Origin: Callorhinchus milii
Lineage: Eukaryota
Length of the DNA: 64,000 nucleotides
Reading direction: 5' to 3'
Assembly: GCF_018977255.1 (NCBI RefSeq)
Contig: NW_024704743.1
Coordinates: forward strand, 36,458,001-36,522,000
Made by a program: the position numbers and the translations under genes. The notes under the pieces were generated by a model, which saw nothing but the letters and a program-made list of their open reading frames with translations, had not been told where the DNA came from and did no database searches. Each line of letters starts with the position of its first letter. Position 1 is the stretch's first letter. Positions 12,791 through 24,927 of this stretch are shown piece by piece.

Positions 12791-15700
12791 CATCATAATA
12801 ATTATCTTAATAATAGACATATTATTGAGAAATCAAACCTAAATGGACAGTTGTGTAACGGTAGAAAATCTAAGTACCCTCCGTGATATGGGATCATTAC
12901 AGTGCAACAAGAAACCTGAGGTTGTTAATGCCTCAATGGTGAACTGATAACAATAACTTGCATTTATATAGTGCTCCTCATGCAGGGTAGCGTCCCAGAG
13001 TACTTGGACATTGTTAAGATGAATCTGAAGTGCTCACGTCCAGTAAGGTTTCAAGAAATATACTTTCTGTTCCAAAACTCTGGTAAAACTCTGACAAGGA
13101 AATGTTTTTTTTAAAAAAGTGTCTCAATGCACTACAGAGACACCTACTGTCTGCATATATGGTACTTTCATGTTGCCTTTTTGATAAGCAAAACAAAAGA
13201 AGTTTAAATACGCAGAGCAATGACAACTCGTCTCAAAAAACATCACTGGATTGCACGTACGATTCCCTGATCTAGCTCTTTACAGCAACTGGTTACAAAA
13301 ACAGAAACAGTACTACCTCACAAATTACAGGTACTGGCTTTTGCCGTCAGAATAAATTTTCTTGGGGCAAGGTCATTTTTAAACATGTGAAAGTGTCACT
13401 CAGATCAATGAATGTGCCGCCCTTCTCTTTCTGAACTCTTCCCCCTAGAAATCTAAGTTACTCAGCCACAGTCTTTATGTGAGATTCTTGATCAAGTTTG
13501 TAGGGAGGGTATTGGTTCCTTGAGAGCATTGAAGCTCAGCTTGTTCCCATCCTCATTTGATGCCCACTCAAATACACAGTGATCAGGAACAGGAAGACTG
13601 GCTACTTTTTCCCCTTCCTTACTCAGGAGCAACAAGTCCAATTCTAGTGCTACAACTGAACCCCAAGCGCTTGTCACTCAGAATGTATCAGGATCAAAGC
13701 CGAGATGTTGCCAGTCTGTATGGTGCTCAGATACTCATTGAAAAAAACTGGTTGAGACATCCTAGGAGCTATAAACAGATATCTATAAATCATTATTTTT
13801 CCAGACAAATTCAACCCTTGAGTTTCCAAACAAACCTGACCAGCTAGAAGTCCCATTTGCTTAAAACTAAACACAGTACTATGAAAGGATGGAAAGTGAA
13901 TATTTGCGTACAAGAATTATCTTCGTATTATATTTCAGTGAATCTACCAGTGACGAGCATTTTAATAAACAAAATTACTGATCGACTTTCTTTTAGATGA
14001 CAAGACAGTGACTAACGTTCTGATGTCTCCTGCTCCGTAATTTCTGCAGCGCAACATGCCATGAGGAAAGTTTACACTGCACACAGCATCCACATGGATG
14101 AAAACTTTATCCCATTTAATGTAATCGGATTAGAAACTTAATCAATTAGTAATGGCAGGCATGATTACAACCCTAATCACTTCACAGCTCTGGATAATAC
14201 CTTGACAACACTTATGTCCGACAGTATCAGCACTGCAACAGGTTTCCAAAATATTCACTCCCACTAAGCTGTCCCAAGCAAAACACTGTGGCAATGTTTT
14301 TTTGTGTGGGGGCAGGTTGAGCCCACTCAGCAACCAAAGAAACACACCCTTATTCAACATAACATTATGGAACACACTATTTCAACTTCCCCCTGCTCAA
14401 CAAAATACTGACTGTCGAGTGAAGATTGTTAATTTACCAAAATTAGCAAGATAATGACTTATTTGCTTGTCACCTTGGCTCAGTTGGTAAAACTATCACC
14501 TTCAAAAGGTTGTGGTTTCAAGTCCTATGTTTGGAACTGATTGTATAGTTTAAACTGACCCACAAGAGCACAGAACTTAGTTAGTATTTCTTTGCCCGAG
14601 GTACCATCCTTTCCGATAAGTTGTTAAACTAAGGTCCTGTTTGCCTGTAAAGGTGGATATTAAAGAAAGGAAAAAGGAGTTTGCAATATCATGTGGTAAC
14701 TACACTTGACAGTATTTACTTGTGAAGCGTTTGAGACGTTTCCACATTATGTAAAAAGTGCATTCTTATTTCTATTAATAAGCATTTTTCTTAAAAAAAA
14801 ACATAAAAGATACCTTCATCCAACAAGAGCCAATGATCATTTTCACAGTTGTTGGTGGCGTTTAATCCATTTGCTGGAGACCCATCGCTCTCAAGGCTGT
14901 GCTCAGGACTGTTTTCCAGTGTCACAGACATGGCCAGAGCTGATCGCCAGCTAACAGTCAGGGATGTGCTGCCCAGAATCCAATGCCATCCCCGACCTGT
15001 ACGTTACATTTTCCTTACAGAGATCTAACACCACCTTTGGAAACTAACACATCTAAACAACAACTGCTGGGCGTCTAAGGTAGACCAGGACAGGTGAGTT
15101 TAAACCACCCTTTGAAAAGAACAGGGGTAAGGACGTTCCTGGATAATACTCTCACAAATATAAAATGAATGTATACGTTAAACTCAAATCCATGGAATCG
15201 AAGCGAATAGCAACACTACTGCACCTCAATCCAGCAAAAATCCTACACTGATATTGGATTTTTTTTAAAAAAACGGCCTACGATTTAAGAATCACCCCTA
15301 TGATTCTGGGTAGAATGGGACAACCTGCATACCATAGCAACCTCCCGAGGAAGCTGTTTGCAGAGGATCCACCCTGAAAGGGGAGAGCGTCAGGGCTTTA
15401 TTTGCATGGCATGTAGTCATTGGATTTCGCCCACAAAATACAGTCAATTCACTTGATAATCTATTCGGTGAAGCGCTTTGAGGCGTCTCGAAGACGTGAT
15501 AAGGCGCTACATCAAATGCAAGGATTATTATTATTATTGGCGAAGCTTTGTGAAAAGGATTTTGGTTTGACGACTTCTACATGTAACTGCAGTGACAGAA
15601 GACAATCTGCTCCTATTTTATTAAGGGTGTTCCTAGATAATTTAACTCACCAGTGAATGCATTTAACCTATTTATCATAATGAACGACCTTTGATTCATC

Positions 15701-16666
15701 ATAATGGGAATGGGAGGGTGGCACCGCAACAATTTGATGCAATAACTGAAAAGTGGATAATATATTGGCCTCTGTTATTCAAACTAACAACTGGGAGTAA
15801 CACATGTGCAACCTGGGATGATTCATCCATTGTTTATTCCTATGCAGAAACATCTGATATGGGCTCCATTCACATCATTACAAGCTCTGTCCAAGTTTTT
15901 AATACTAATACACTACACCACTGATTAACCTAAAATCTTTCTCCTCATCTTCTCTCATTAAGCCATTTGACTCCTGTTTCCTATCTCACGGGGTGGGGGG
16001 AGAAGGGAGATGTGATACCCACACATGCAACTCCAGCAGGTTGTATAAATGGGGATCAGGTACAGGAGTCTGAATGATTTCCCCCTCTCTAACAACATGC
16101 ACTGATGCCAATTCTTAATTTGCCCACAAAATATAGCCACTGCACTTTATTGTATATCCTGTGAAGCACTTTGAGACATCCTCCTGATATGAAAGACACT
16201 ATATCGAATGCAGGAATTATTATTACAATCTAATTCATGCTAGTATATAATAAAAATAATTAAAATATCATAAAGCACTTCACAGATGAATAGCTGTCAA
16301 GTGACTTTTTTTTGCAGTTAAATACAGGAGCCAATTTGAGCATAGAGGTGTCATACAAACAGCCTTGAAGGGAATGACCAAATTAACTGGAGGATCATTA
16401 TCCAGGACACCAGGAGAAGCTCACTTCTCTTTGATTAGCATCATGGGATCTTTAACATCTTCCTGAACATGCAGATGGGCAAGTGGTTTAATTTCTCATC
16501 CAAACAACAGTATCTCTAGAAAAGCAGCATTCCTAGATCACAAGAGACGTTAAGATGAACATAGTTCTTCAGCATGTTTGATCTTATCCTTCCAAATACC
16601 CACCCTCCAAGTACCCACCCTACAGCAAACAGCCCTCTCACCCAGAGTTGAGTGTGCTACTAATTG

Positions 16667-16995
16667 TGTGGAGTCCTGTAGCTCAGTGGTTAGAGCACTC
16701 GCTTTGCAAGTGAGAGACCTGAGTTCAATTCCAGGCAGAGGGCGAAACCTTGGGCAAGTTTCCTTACTCCACACGCCTAATAATAATTCCTCCAAAAACC
16801 AAAAACAATAATAAAAATTGGTCATTTTCAATCTACGACTGTTTGTGGGACATTGCTGTGCGCAATTGGCTGCCGCGTTCGCCCACAAATATACAGTCAA
16901 TTCACTTTACAGTGTGTTCTGTGAAGCGCTTTGGGACGTCCTCCCGACGTGAAAAGCGCTATATCAAATGCAAGGATTATTATTATTATTATTAT
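16667..16995 (+). mobile_element. Young full-length tRNA(Ala)-derived SINE (short variant; Deu-like core, L2 tail, (TTA)n)
   Basis: A box TAGCTCAGTGG, TGC anticodon-like loop, B box GTTCAATTCC, core GTTTGTGGGACATTGCTGTGCGCAATTGGCTGCCGCGTT. TSD TAATTG at 16661-16666 and 16996-17001. Confidence 0.93.
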
Positions 16996-17759
16996 TAATT
17001 GAACCCGGCTGACAATTGTCAAGGCATTAGGGAAGCTTTGAAGACTCTTCTAGGCGACACAATATGAATTTTAATCTGGTTAAAGATAATCCTGGAATAT
17101 ATTTTCAAAACAAAGTTCTTTGTTTGGGCAAGTTTCCTTACTCTCCACATGCCTAATAATAATCCCTTTGTTCTTTGCTGTAGAAATAGTTCTTTGCTGT
17201 AAAACATAATATTGCAATCTTTTTAATATATTGATGGGATAAAAAGAATAATTGTTCAAAATAAACACAATGTTACCTACATTGCTATGTTGAGAGTACC
17301 AAAACCAGCCTGAGTTTCATATACGCATGGAAAATTTCTCTTTGTTTGAAATGGAATATGCACTCTCTCTCCCCAGAGGGACACCGTTCCCATCTGCATG
17401 TTCAGGAAGATGTTAAAAATCCCACGGTGTTAATCAAAGAGAAGTGATCCTCTCCTGGTGTCTTGGCTAACAATCCTCCAGTTAATTTCTTCATTCATTT
17501 CAAGGCTGCTTGTTTTTTTAATTTTATTTATTTCAACAAATTGTAATTATATAGCATCTGTCCACGCTCTCCGCCCAGCAAGTTCCAGCCTGCTCCACGT
17601 CCCCTCCCACTCCGGTCCAAATCCCTGACTGTCCAGCGCCTTGGGACGGCCTCCCAATGTAAAAGGCGCTATTAAAATGTAATATTGCATTTTGTTTTCT
17701 ATTTATCTTTCAGATCGGGAGAACATCCCACGGCACTGCACAGTGAGGGATTTGCACCT

Positions 17760-18072
17760 ATAATAATAATCCTTGCATTTGATATAGCGCTTTTCACGTT
17801 TTCTCGATGTCCCAAAGCGCTTCACAGAATATACTGTAAAGTGAATTGACTGTATATTTGTGGGCGAACGCAGCAGCCAATTGCGCACAGCAATGTCCCA
17901 CAAACAGTCATGGATTGAAAAATGACCAATTTATTATTGTTTTTTTTGGAGGGATTATTATTAGGCTCTATGTGGAGTAAGGAAACTTGCCCAAGGTTTC
18001 GCCCTGCCTGGAAATGAACTCAGGTGTCTCGCTTGCAAAGCGAGTGCTCTAACCACTGAGCTGCAGGACTCC
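17760..18072 (-). mobile_element. Young tRNA-derived SINE, full length
   Basis: Reverse complement closely matches 16667-16995. Confidence 0.92.
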
Positions 18073-18074
18073 TA

Positions 18075-18385
18075 AACCATGAGTTGGGATGAGAGGGGGG
18101 TGGAAGGCAAGGAGAGTAGAGGAGGGAAGATGACCGAAGGGGCAGTCAAAAAGGAGGGTTTTAAAATGGGCTTTGAAGGAGGCAAGGGAGGAGACGAGGT
18201 AGAGGGGTTCCGGGACGGAGTTTCAGAGGGTGGGGGCAGAAAGGCTGAAGGCCCGACCACCAATATGGAGCAGACAGGGCCCAGGACGTGGAGCAGGCCA
18301 GTGTCTGCAGAGCAGAGGGAGTGGACAGGTTGGTGAAGTTTTAATAGGTTGCAGAGGTAGGGTGAGCACCACTGTGGAGGGCTTC
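18075..18385 (-). mobile_element. L2 3' fragment (other short L2 ends near 1568-1637, 8468-8530, 12950-13012, 17550-17690, 27075-27190, 27800-28040, 28370-28600, 33335-33405, 49580-50030)
   Basis: Similar to 11380-11739. Confidence 0.8.
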
Positions 18386-18760
18386 TAGAGAAATTTAGGT
18401 GGAGGATGGCAAGAGCTAAGGCTTGGGGACTCCAGAGTTGTTTGATAATGCTGGGATTTAAGCAACTAAAATCACATAGTTTGCCTTTGAGAGCACTGTC
18501 TGGCAAGCTGCTTTGTCCAGCTAGAATCACCCTTTGCCTGAGGGCTTTGGCTTACAGGGTTAACAGGAGCCAAGTGGGAAGAAACCCTGTTCCCAGTGAC
18601 TGGTCTGCTCCCTCCAAGTCTTGCCGACGAGCCAGTCTGACTGGTCTGTCATCAGCAGTGCCTTGAAATATTGCGGACTCGGCTCACTCAGAAACCAGAC
18701 GACTGAGATCACAACAGAGGGGTGACTTAATTCGAACATTTCATTGTCAGTCACGTCACT
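18385..18760 (-). mobile_element. 5'/middle part of the same LF-SINE-like repeat
   Basis: GGCAAGAGCTAAGGCTTGGGGA...AGGGCTTTGGCTTACAGGGTTAA...CATCAGCAGTGCC aligns with 41480-41865. Confidence 0.65.
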
Positions 18761-20009
18761 AACAATAATTTGTCATTAGCTCAAGCATGCTTCAGCATTA
18801 ACTATGTACATTATTTCAAATCCCTTCCGCCCCCCCAACCTTTCAAGGTAGTACCCAGATAATGTCAACAGCACTCAATTAAAATTATATTCACCTTCGT
18901 GGACTGAATTCCTCGATGGCAAAGAATAATGACATTACATTTTACTTTGTCTATTTAAGAGAGATCTGAATTCAACTCTCCCTCCCTAAGGTACAAAAAT
19001 AGAACATGCAGCACAAAATCCACACTCATTCCATTGAAATTATTATAGATTCAATTCTGTCCTGAAGTAAATCTGATGGATTAATGCATTGTGACAATAC
19101 AGCTGCAGCTTTAACTCACTTAATAACCAGGAGCAAAGCGATTGAGAAACAATTATTTTTTTTAAAATTAAAATACAGTTGACATCTGTAGCAGATTTCA
19201 GAACACCATATTGTGAGTGAAGTGCACCGTGCTAAAAGAACAATCTATTATCCTTGAACTAAAAAGATATTTTGCTGCAATATTGCTGCCAGTGCTCTGA
19301 GGGTATGTTGTACAATATGATATACTGTACCATTATGAAATAATCAGGGGGTAGAGGTGCGAGGGAGAGAGGAGGGAGGAGTGGACAATATGCTACATAC
19401 AAAGTTGATCACACCTGTGAATGTATGTACGTCTCTATAAGTACACATACCATCCCTCTTCCAGAGTGCCTTAAAGTTGTACTTCAATTGACCTTCAATT
19501 TTGAATCCTTAATCTCTTTGGGTCACACACGATGTCCCAGCTAAAGAGCAAGAACCCTGATCCCATCACACTCTGAACCTGTTGTCAGTAGGTGCTAAAT
19601 GGCAGCCTGACAAGAATCCTCCAGTCAATTACCCCGTTTTCTTCTCTTCCACTCAGCATTTTACTGCAGCAACACAACTGCAGGAAAATCGATCAGCAAA
19701 GATCAGCAAATCGATTTCAAGAGTAATTGTGCACACTGGCCCAATTCTCACTGTTACACTGCTCCGTGACCTATTCACCAGTCTTCAAATCAGAAATGAC
19801 CATTGTAGCATTAGGGTCCAAAACCAGCCTTCATTTAATACAGAGTTCATCTTACAGCTAGATTTATATAACTTGATGAACATGTGCAAAGGATTGCTGT
19901 AACATTCTGGAAGTGACTGCCCAAATCATAAAAAAAAACATCTTTTAACTTTCCAAAATCAACCAGGTAACCTGACTGCACATTGTGAAAGCTGATTTAA
20001 TATAGAAAA

Positions 20010-20080
20010 CGCAAATCTATATCCGGCAGCATCCATGGAGAGAGAAAAAATATTTCAAGTTTGAGGTCAATGACCTATTG
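20010..20080 (-). mobile_element. Eroded Penelope terminal module
   Basis: GGCAGCATCCATGGAGAGAGAAAA...GTTTGAGGTCAATGACCT aligns with 34767-34820. Confidence 0.5.
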
Positions 20081-21372
20081 TTAACTATAATAATAATAAT
20101 TATTAATAACTATAATAACATGAATAAATATTAATACTTGCATTCATTTGGATGCCACGTTCGCCCACAAATACACAATCACTCCATTTCACAGTAAATC
20201 CCGTGAAGCACTTTGGGACTTCCTCCTGGCATGAGAGACTCTATACTAATGTAAGGATTATTATCACATTCAATATGCCTATGATGCTTTTGCCTACAAT
20301 GTTGAAAAATCTCACAAGTTACTTTATTGTAATTCATGTTAAGTATAGTGATTGTGTATTTGTAGGCAAATGTGACAGCTTATTTGCACACAGGAACGAC
20401 CTACAAACAGCTATTAAATGAATGTCCAATTTAATCATAGAGTATTTGTTAACTACGTCAATGGGATCATAGAAGGTTGTTATCTTCTCTTTTTGAATAG
20501 TGTCATGGATCCTTAGACATACATCAGCTCTGAAAATACAGCGTCTCCCAGCACTACATTGCTATTACTTTAGAATGCAAGATCAAAGTCTCCAACATCG
20601 GGCTTGAACCCACATCCTTCTGACCTTATTGACACAAAACACAAGACAAAAGCATCCTAGTTCCTAGGAATCACAACAGTTAGCAAATTAATACACTATC
20701 TCAGCACCGACTACTGTACATAACAAATGCAAACAAATGGCGACAGGAATAAACCCATTAATGTTGAATTAAACCAACCCCTTGAAACAGGTTACAAGGT
20801 GCATAAAGAGGAGAGAATTTAAATATCTAATTTGAAAGCTGGATTGCCAGCACCAATACCTTCATTGGATATTTCCATCACAGGGTCAAACTAGAATTTT
20901 ATGATTTTGCATTCATTAACAGATGAATGTATCAAGGATATCAATAAACCATCTGCTGGGAGTACATAACAGTGAAAAACGCCTCTTGTAACTGACCCAA
21001 CCTCCTTCAGATTATCATTAGTAGCTGTAAAATACATACACAGCAGCACAGAGCATTAAAGGAGGAGCTTAATAGTACTTGAACAGGTGCCAAGGGATAT
21101 AAGCAGTGGTGCCACCCAGCTAGTTTGTATCCCATACACATATTTTTATCTCGAGTCAATGGATGGCAAAAATACGGTCAAAACACACTCAAGAACCACT
21201 ACGTTTATATTAATTTTTGTTTGATCCAACTATCTTATGAGTAAGTGGAGACTCCATCAATCAGGATCCTGTAATACAGTGCAGCCAGTAGACCCTTTTT
21301 AAATCCTGCTGGATAGATTGACCTAGTGGAACATCACATGCCTAGAAGAAAACTGGTGAGGAATTGTTTTTT

Positions 21373-21399
21373 GGGTGGGTGGGTGGGTGGGTGGGTGGG
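21373..21399 (+). repeat. (GGGT)n microsatellite
   Basis: Seven GGG runs separated by single T. Confidence 0.95.
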
Positions 21400-21697
21400 A
21401 AGGAAACAGACTGAACCTAAGGAGGTCAAGAAGATAGGTGAAAATGGGGGGCAAAAGAGAATGGCTGTGGGTGGCAAAAATGGAAGAATAATTGAGGGGC
21501 AACAACTGGCAAAGCATACAGCTGTCTGTGGGGTGAAACAACCAAAGTGGGTCAAGGAAAAGGTTCTCATCAGACTGGGGAAAGAGCAAAAGAGCAGCAA
21601 TGGGAAAGGTTCCCCACCCTGCACACACATCTCCACCCTATGCTGAAGTTAAGATTGTTTTCATTGACCATGCATTAGATTTTTAAAGGAGTGTTAA

Positions 21698-22028
21698 AAT
21701 AATAATAATAATAATAATAATAATCCTTGCATTTGATATAGCGCTTTTCACGTCGGGAGGACGTCCCAAAGTGCTTCACAGAACACACTGTAAAGTGAAT
21801 TGACTGTATATTTGTGGGTGAACGCGGCAGCCAATTGCACACAGCAATATCCCACTAACAGTCATAGATTGAAAATGACCAATTTTTTTTATTATTGTTT
21901 TTGTTTTGGAGGGATTATTATTAGGCGTGTGGAGTAAGGAAACTTGCCCAAGGTTTCGCCCTGCCTGGAATTGAACCCAGGTCTCTCGCTTGCAAAGCGA
22001 GTGCTCTAACCACTGAGCTACAGGACTA
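21698..22028 (-). mobile_element. Young tRNA-derived SINE, full length
   Basis: Reverse complement of the same family, with an (AAT)n tail. Confidence 0.93.
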
Positions 22029-22164
22029 CAGTATATATTGTGAATTCCACAAATGTTTGAAAATAAAACACTCGATATAATTATCTTAACACATTGTTTA
22101 TAGTTTGCACTTTGGCTGAGAAATTCCCTGTTCCACTAATTTTATTGACTTCAAACCTCACATG

Positions 22165-22806
22165 TGTGCCATGGCCTGTTATGCCTTCCCAAACTCCGCA
22201 ACATCGCCCGGCTCCGCCACTGCCCCACTAGCAGTGAAGTCTCTGAGACCCTCATCCATGCGCTCACCACATCTCAGCTCAATTACGCTAACTCCCTGCC
22301 TGTCGGTCTTCCCAACTGTTCCCTCCACAAGCTGCAGATTATTCAGAACTCTGCAGCTCGTGTCTTCTCCTGCACCAGGCTCCATGAACCCATCACCCTC
22401 ACTGTCGCCCGGCTCCACTGGCTCCCCATCTCCCAGAGATCGAGTTCAAAATACTTGTCTTCGCTTTCAAAGCCCTCCACAGCCTTGCTCCTCCTGACCT
22501 CTGTCACCTGTTAACCCCATACCGGCCTATCTACTCCCTTCACTCGGTGGACACTGGCCTGCCATCGGCGCTCAGGTCTTCTGTCTCTCTGCTCCCACAC
22601 TTTGGAACTCCTTTTGCCTCGCACCCTCCCATGCCTCCTTCAAGACCTTCCTCTTCAACTGTGCCTTCGGTTACCCTTCTACTTCCACCCTCGCTGCCAT
22701 CCACCCCTCCTGATCCCACCTCCCAGCTTGAGTCCAACTCCTTAACGATCCAGTGCTTTGGGACAACCTCCCGACGTGAAAGGCGCTATTCAAATGTTGT
22801 TGTTGA
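22165..22806 (+). mobile_element. L2 3' fragment
   Basis: LRNIARLR...[16 protein letters not shown]...LHWLPI, plus tail. Confidence 0.9.
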
Positions 22807-23972
22807 TGCAGTGCACTTGGAAACATAAAATACCATTTTTAGACGCCAGCCCTTACCTCACATTTAGAGGCAAGAATCATTTAATTACCTTATTTAGTAA
22901 GAACTTCACCAAACACGCACATAAAAATGCTAAATGTCACTGCAGCCCATTGCATCATATTTCTATTTCTCATTGCATCATTGATAGAAGTGGGTGCTGC
23001 TTGTTCTCACCTTAAATTATCAATATTCTTGATAATTTAACAGCAGGGGAATATTGCATCAAAACCGAACAGATAAAGAGACACAGAAGGTTGTATAGTT
23101 CATCTTACCATCATGGCAAAGGCAACAGATCAGTGACGCAGTAATAAATTGGAAATACAGAAAATCCACTTGGCTCCATCAACATAACCATACTGAACAG
23201 AAGCATTTCTACCAATTAAATATACAGTCATCTTGTATCACGTTCCTGTGGTCCCTCTTCTATTTATAATGAAATTAACTCATTTTCAAATTAACTTTCC
23301 AGAATGAAAACCGTACAACGAATGGCATTATGTTACATTTCCATGATAGCCAATTCTTTAAATTAGATGACAGTACAGTACTGCTCCCGCAGTGCAAAGA
23401 TCTGATGTGAAAATCTGTTACTATTCGGGCAGATCATGGCAAGGCCCCTGCATTAAGCTGCTGATCAAGGCAGACTTTTAAATGAGGTTCCATCACAAAG
23501 CAATGTCAAACAGCATCTGATATTTGCTCTGATTCAGCGTTTTTCCCTCATTGTGTTTCGACTGCTCTTGCACCCTTATTGCTTTGACTATAACCCCAAG
23601 ATGTCATTCAATTCACCCGTGTGCCTTTGGAAAATGTTAAAAACACGAACCAGAGCTCTTCTTCATACGACACACAGAATCCGGACAAAACAAAAAGACC
23701 ACAACACAAACAATGCGATTCTCAGAAGCACTGGTGTCAAAGAAGCATCTCTGGCAGTTTGCCACTTTACAGAGCAAACGCCTTGCTGACAACCCGCTCC
23801 CCCCACTCCTCCTCTACGCCCCACCCCCCATGGTGACATTCAGTTATACTGATCAGGCCGCACATCTCCAGCTATTGAATGCAGCTGTGTGATTCAGCCG
23901 TTTCTTACGCATGCACCAAATGCCTTTAGCTTCTAACCAATTCATGCTGTACGGATAGTAAAGCATAGTTAC

Positions 23973-24036
23973 CATCACTACATTCTTCATAGTACCAGTC
24001 AAGCTCATAGTAGTCCTGCTCCACAAATCTCTGCAT
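23973..24036 (-). CDS. TRAK1: TRAK1 alternative first coding exon of a short isoform (MQRFVEQDYYELDWYYEECSD+G)
   Basis: Kozak-like ACCATG, 21 codons plus 1 nt, then donor GTAACT (23967-23972). Phase 1, the same as the 195-bp exon. Matches the recalled TRAK1 isoform N-terminus MQKFIEADYYELDWYYEECSDVLCAERV. Too short for the ORF track. Confidence 0.9.
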
Positions 24037-24339
24037 GGTCAGTCAGTCCCCTTCAGCAAGGTTCAGCTAGTTTATACGTTGAGGTCGAGAAAAACCACAG
24101 CCAGGGTAATCTGACATTCCTAGACTGGAAGTGAATGAAACGGCAGCAGAGGATGTTAAGTAAGCTGCACATTGTCAAAGGTACTAACATTCAGAGAGTG
24201 AATGAGAGGCATACACTGCACAAGACTTGGAGGGAAAGGAAGGGCAGGGAAGGGGGCAGAGAAAAAAATGTGCATCTGCCAAGAACTCTAGTTACATACT
24301 GTGCAGCAAATGCTTCTAATTGAGGGGTCTGGGTAGGAG

Positions 24340-24480
24340 TCTGAAAAGCATCCAATCACCTAGCCTCAGCCTGCTGCATCCCGCTTACGTCAGAGACACA
24401 CACCACCTCTTAGCAATAACTGCTTCGCTGGAGAACCATCAGGTTCATATGTACTTGGTTGCCATAGAGACATGCCCAAA
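24340..24480 (-). promoter_or_regulatory. Putative internal promoter of the MQRFVEQD isoform
   Basis: CCAAT at 24352-24356, CRE/ATF-like TTACGTCA at 24385-24392 and RFX X-box-like GTTGCCATAGAGAC at 24458-24471, in repeat-free DNA 300-450 bp upstream of the ATG. Confidence 0.45.
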
Positions 24481-24829
24481 GATGTTGCAGGAAAAAACTG
24501 CCTCTTCCACTGCTTTTGTGGACCACGTGATTCAAATGACAGTCAAATGCACCCCTCAAGAGGACAAGAAAAATACACTAACGCAAATTAAACTAATACT
24601 AATAGTTTTTTTTAAATTACATTCCCCCCCCCCCCCACACACCTCCATTGCTGCTATTTTCTATCCAGTCAAGAGAGGGATAGGACAGTCCAAGCTGCAG
24701 TCATCTTTGTGTTACAGCACTCCCAAGAGTGGAAGTACCTTTGTGTGGCATTAATGTTGTGATGCTCACTCAGTTTGCATGACAAATCAGATTCCACAAC
24801 AATAAAATAAATTAAGCACTTATATGCTT

Positions 24830-24927
24830 AGCCAGTTCTGACAAAAGATCATTGACCTGAAATGTTAACTCATTTTCCTCTCTCCTTAGAGGCTGCCTGA
24901 CCTGCTGTGTGTTTACTTGTGTTTATA
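24830..24927 (+). mobile_element. Solo Penelope terminal module with a degenerate hammerhead motif
   Basis: AGTT-CTGACAA-AAGATC-att-GACCT-GAAAT-GTT-AACT followed by ...GCTGCCTGACCTGCTG. Flanked by imperfect direct repeats at 24813-24829 and 24928-24945. Confidence 0.7.

Noticed and set aside
16669..16745. tRNA-Ala(TGC)-like gene (also at 44756, 2690, 18000, 21960, 63770)
   Set aside because: These are SINE heads. The acceptor stem does not pair, and each runs into a SINE body and L2-type tail.
1..23000. Next TRAK1 exon (LCAERVGQMTKTYNDIDAVTRLLEE)
   Set aside because: Not found by eye on the minus strand. It probably lies outside the window; tBLASTn would settle this.
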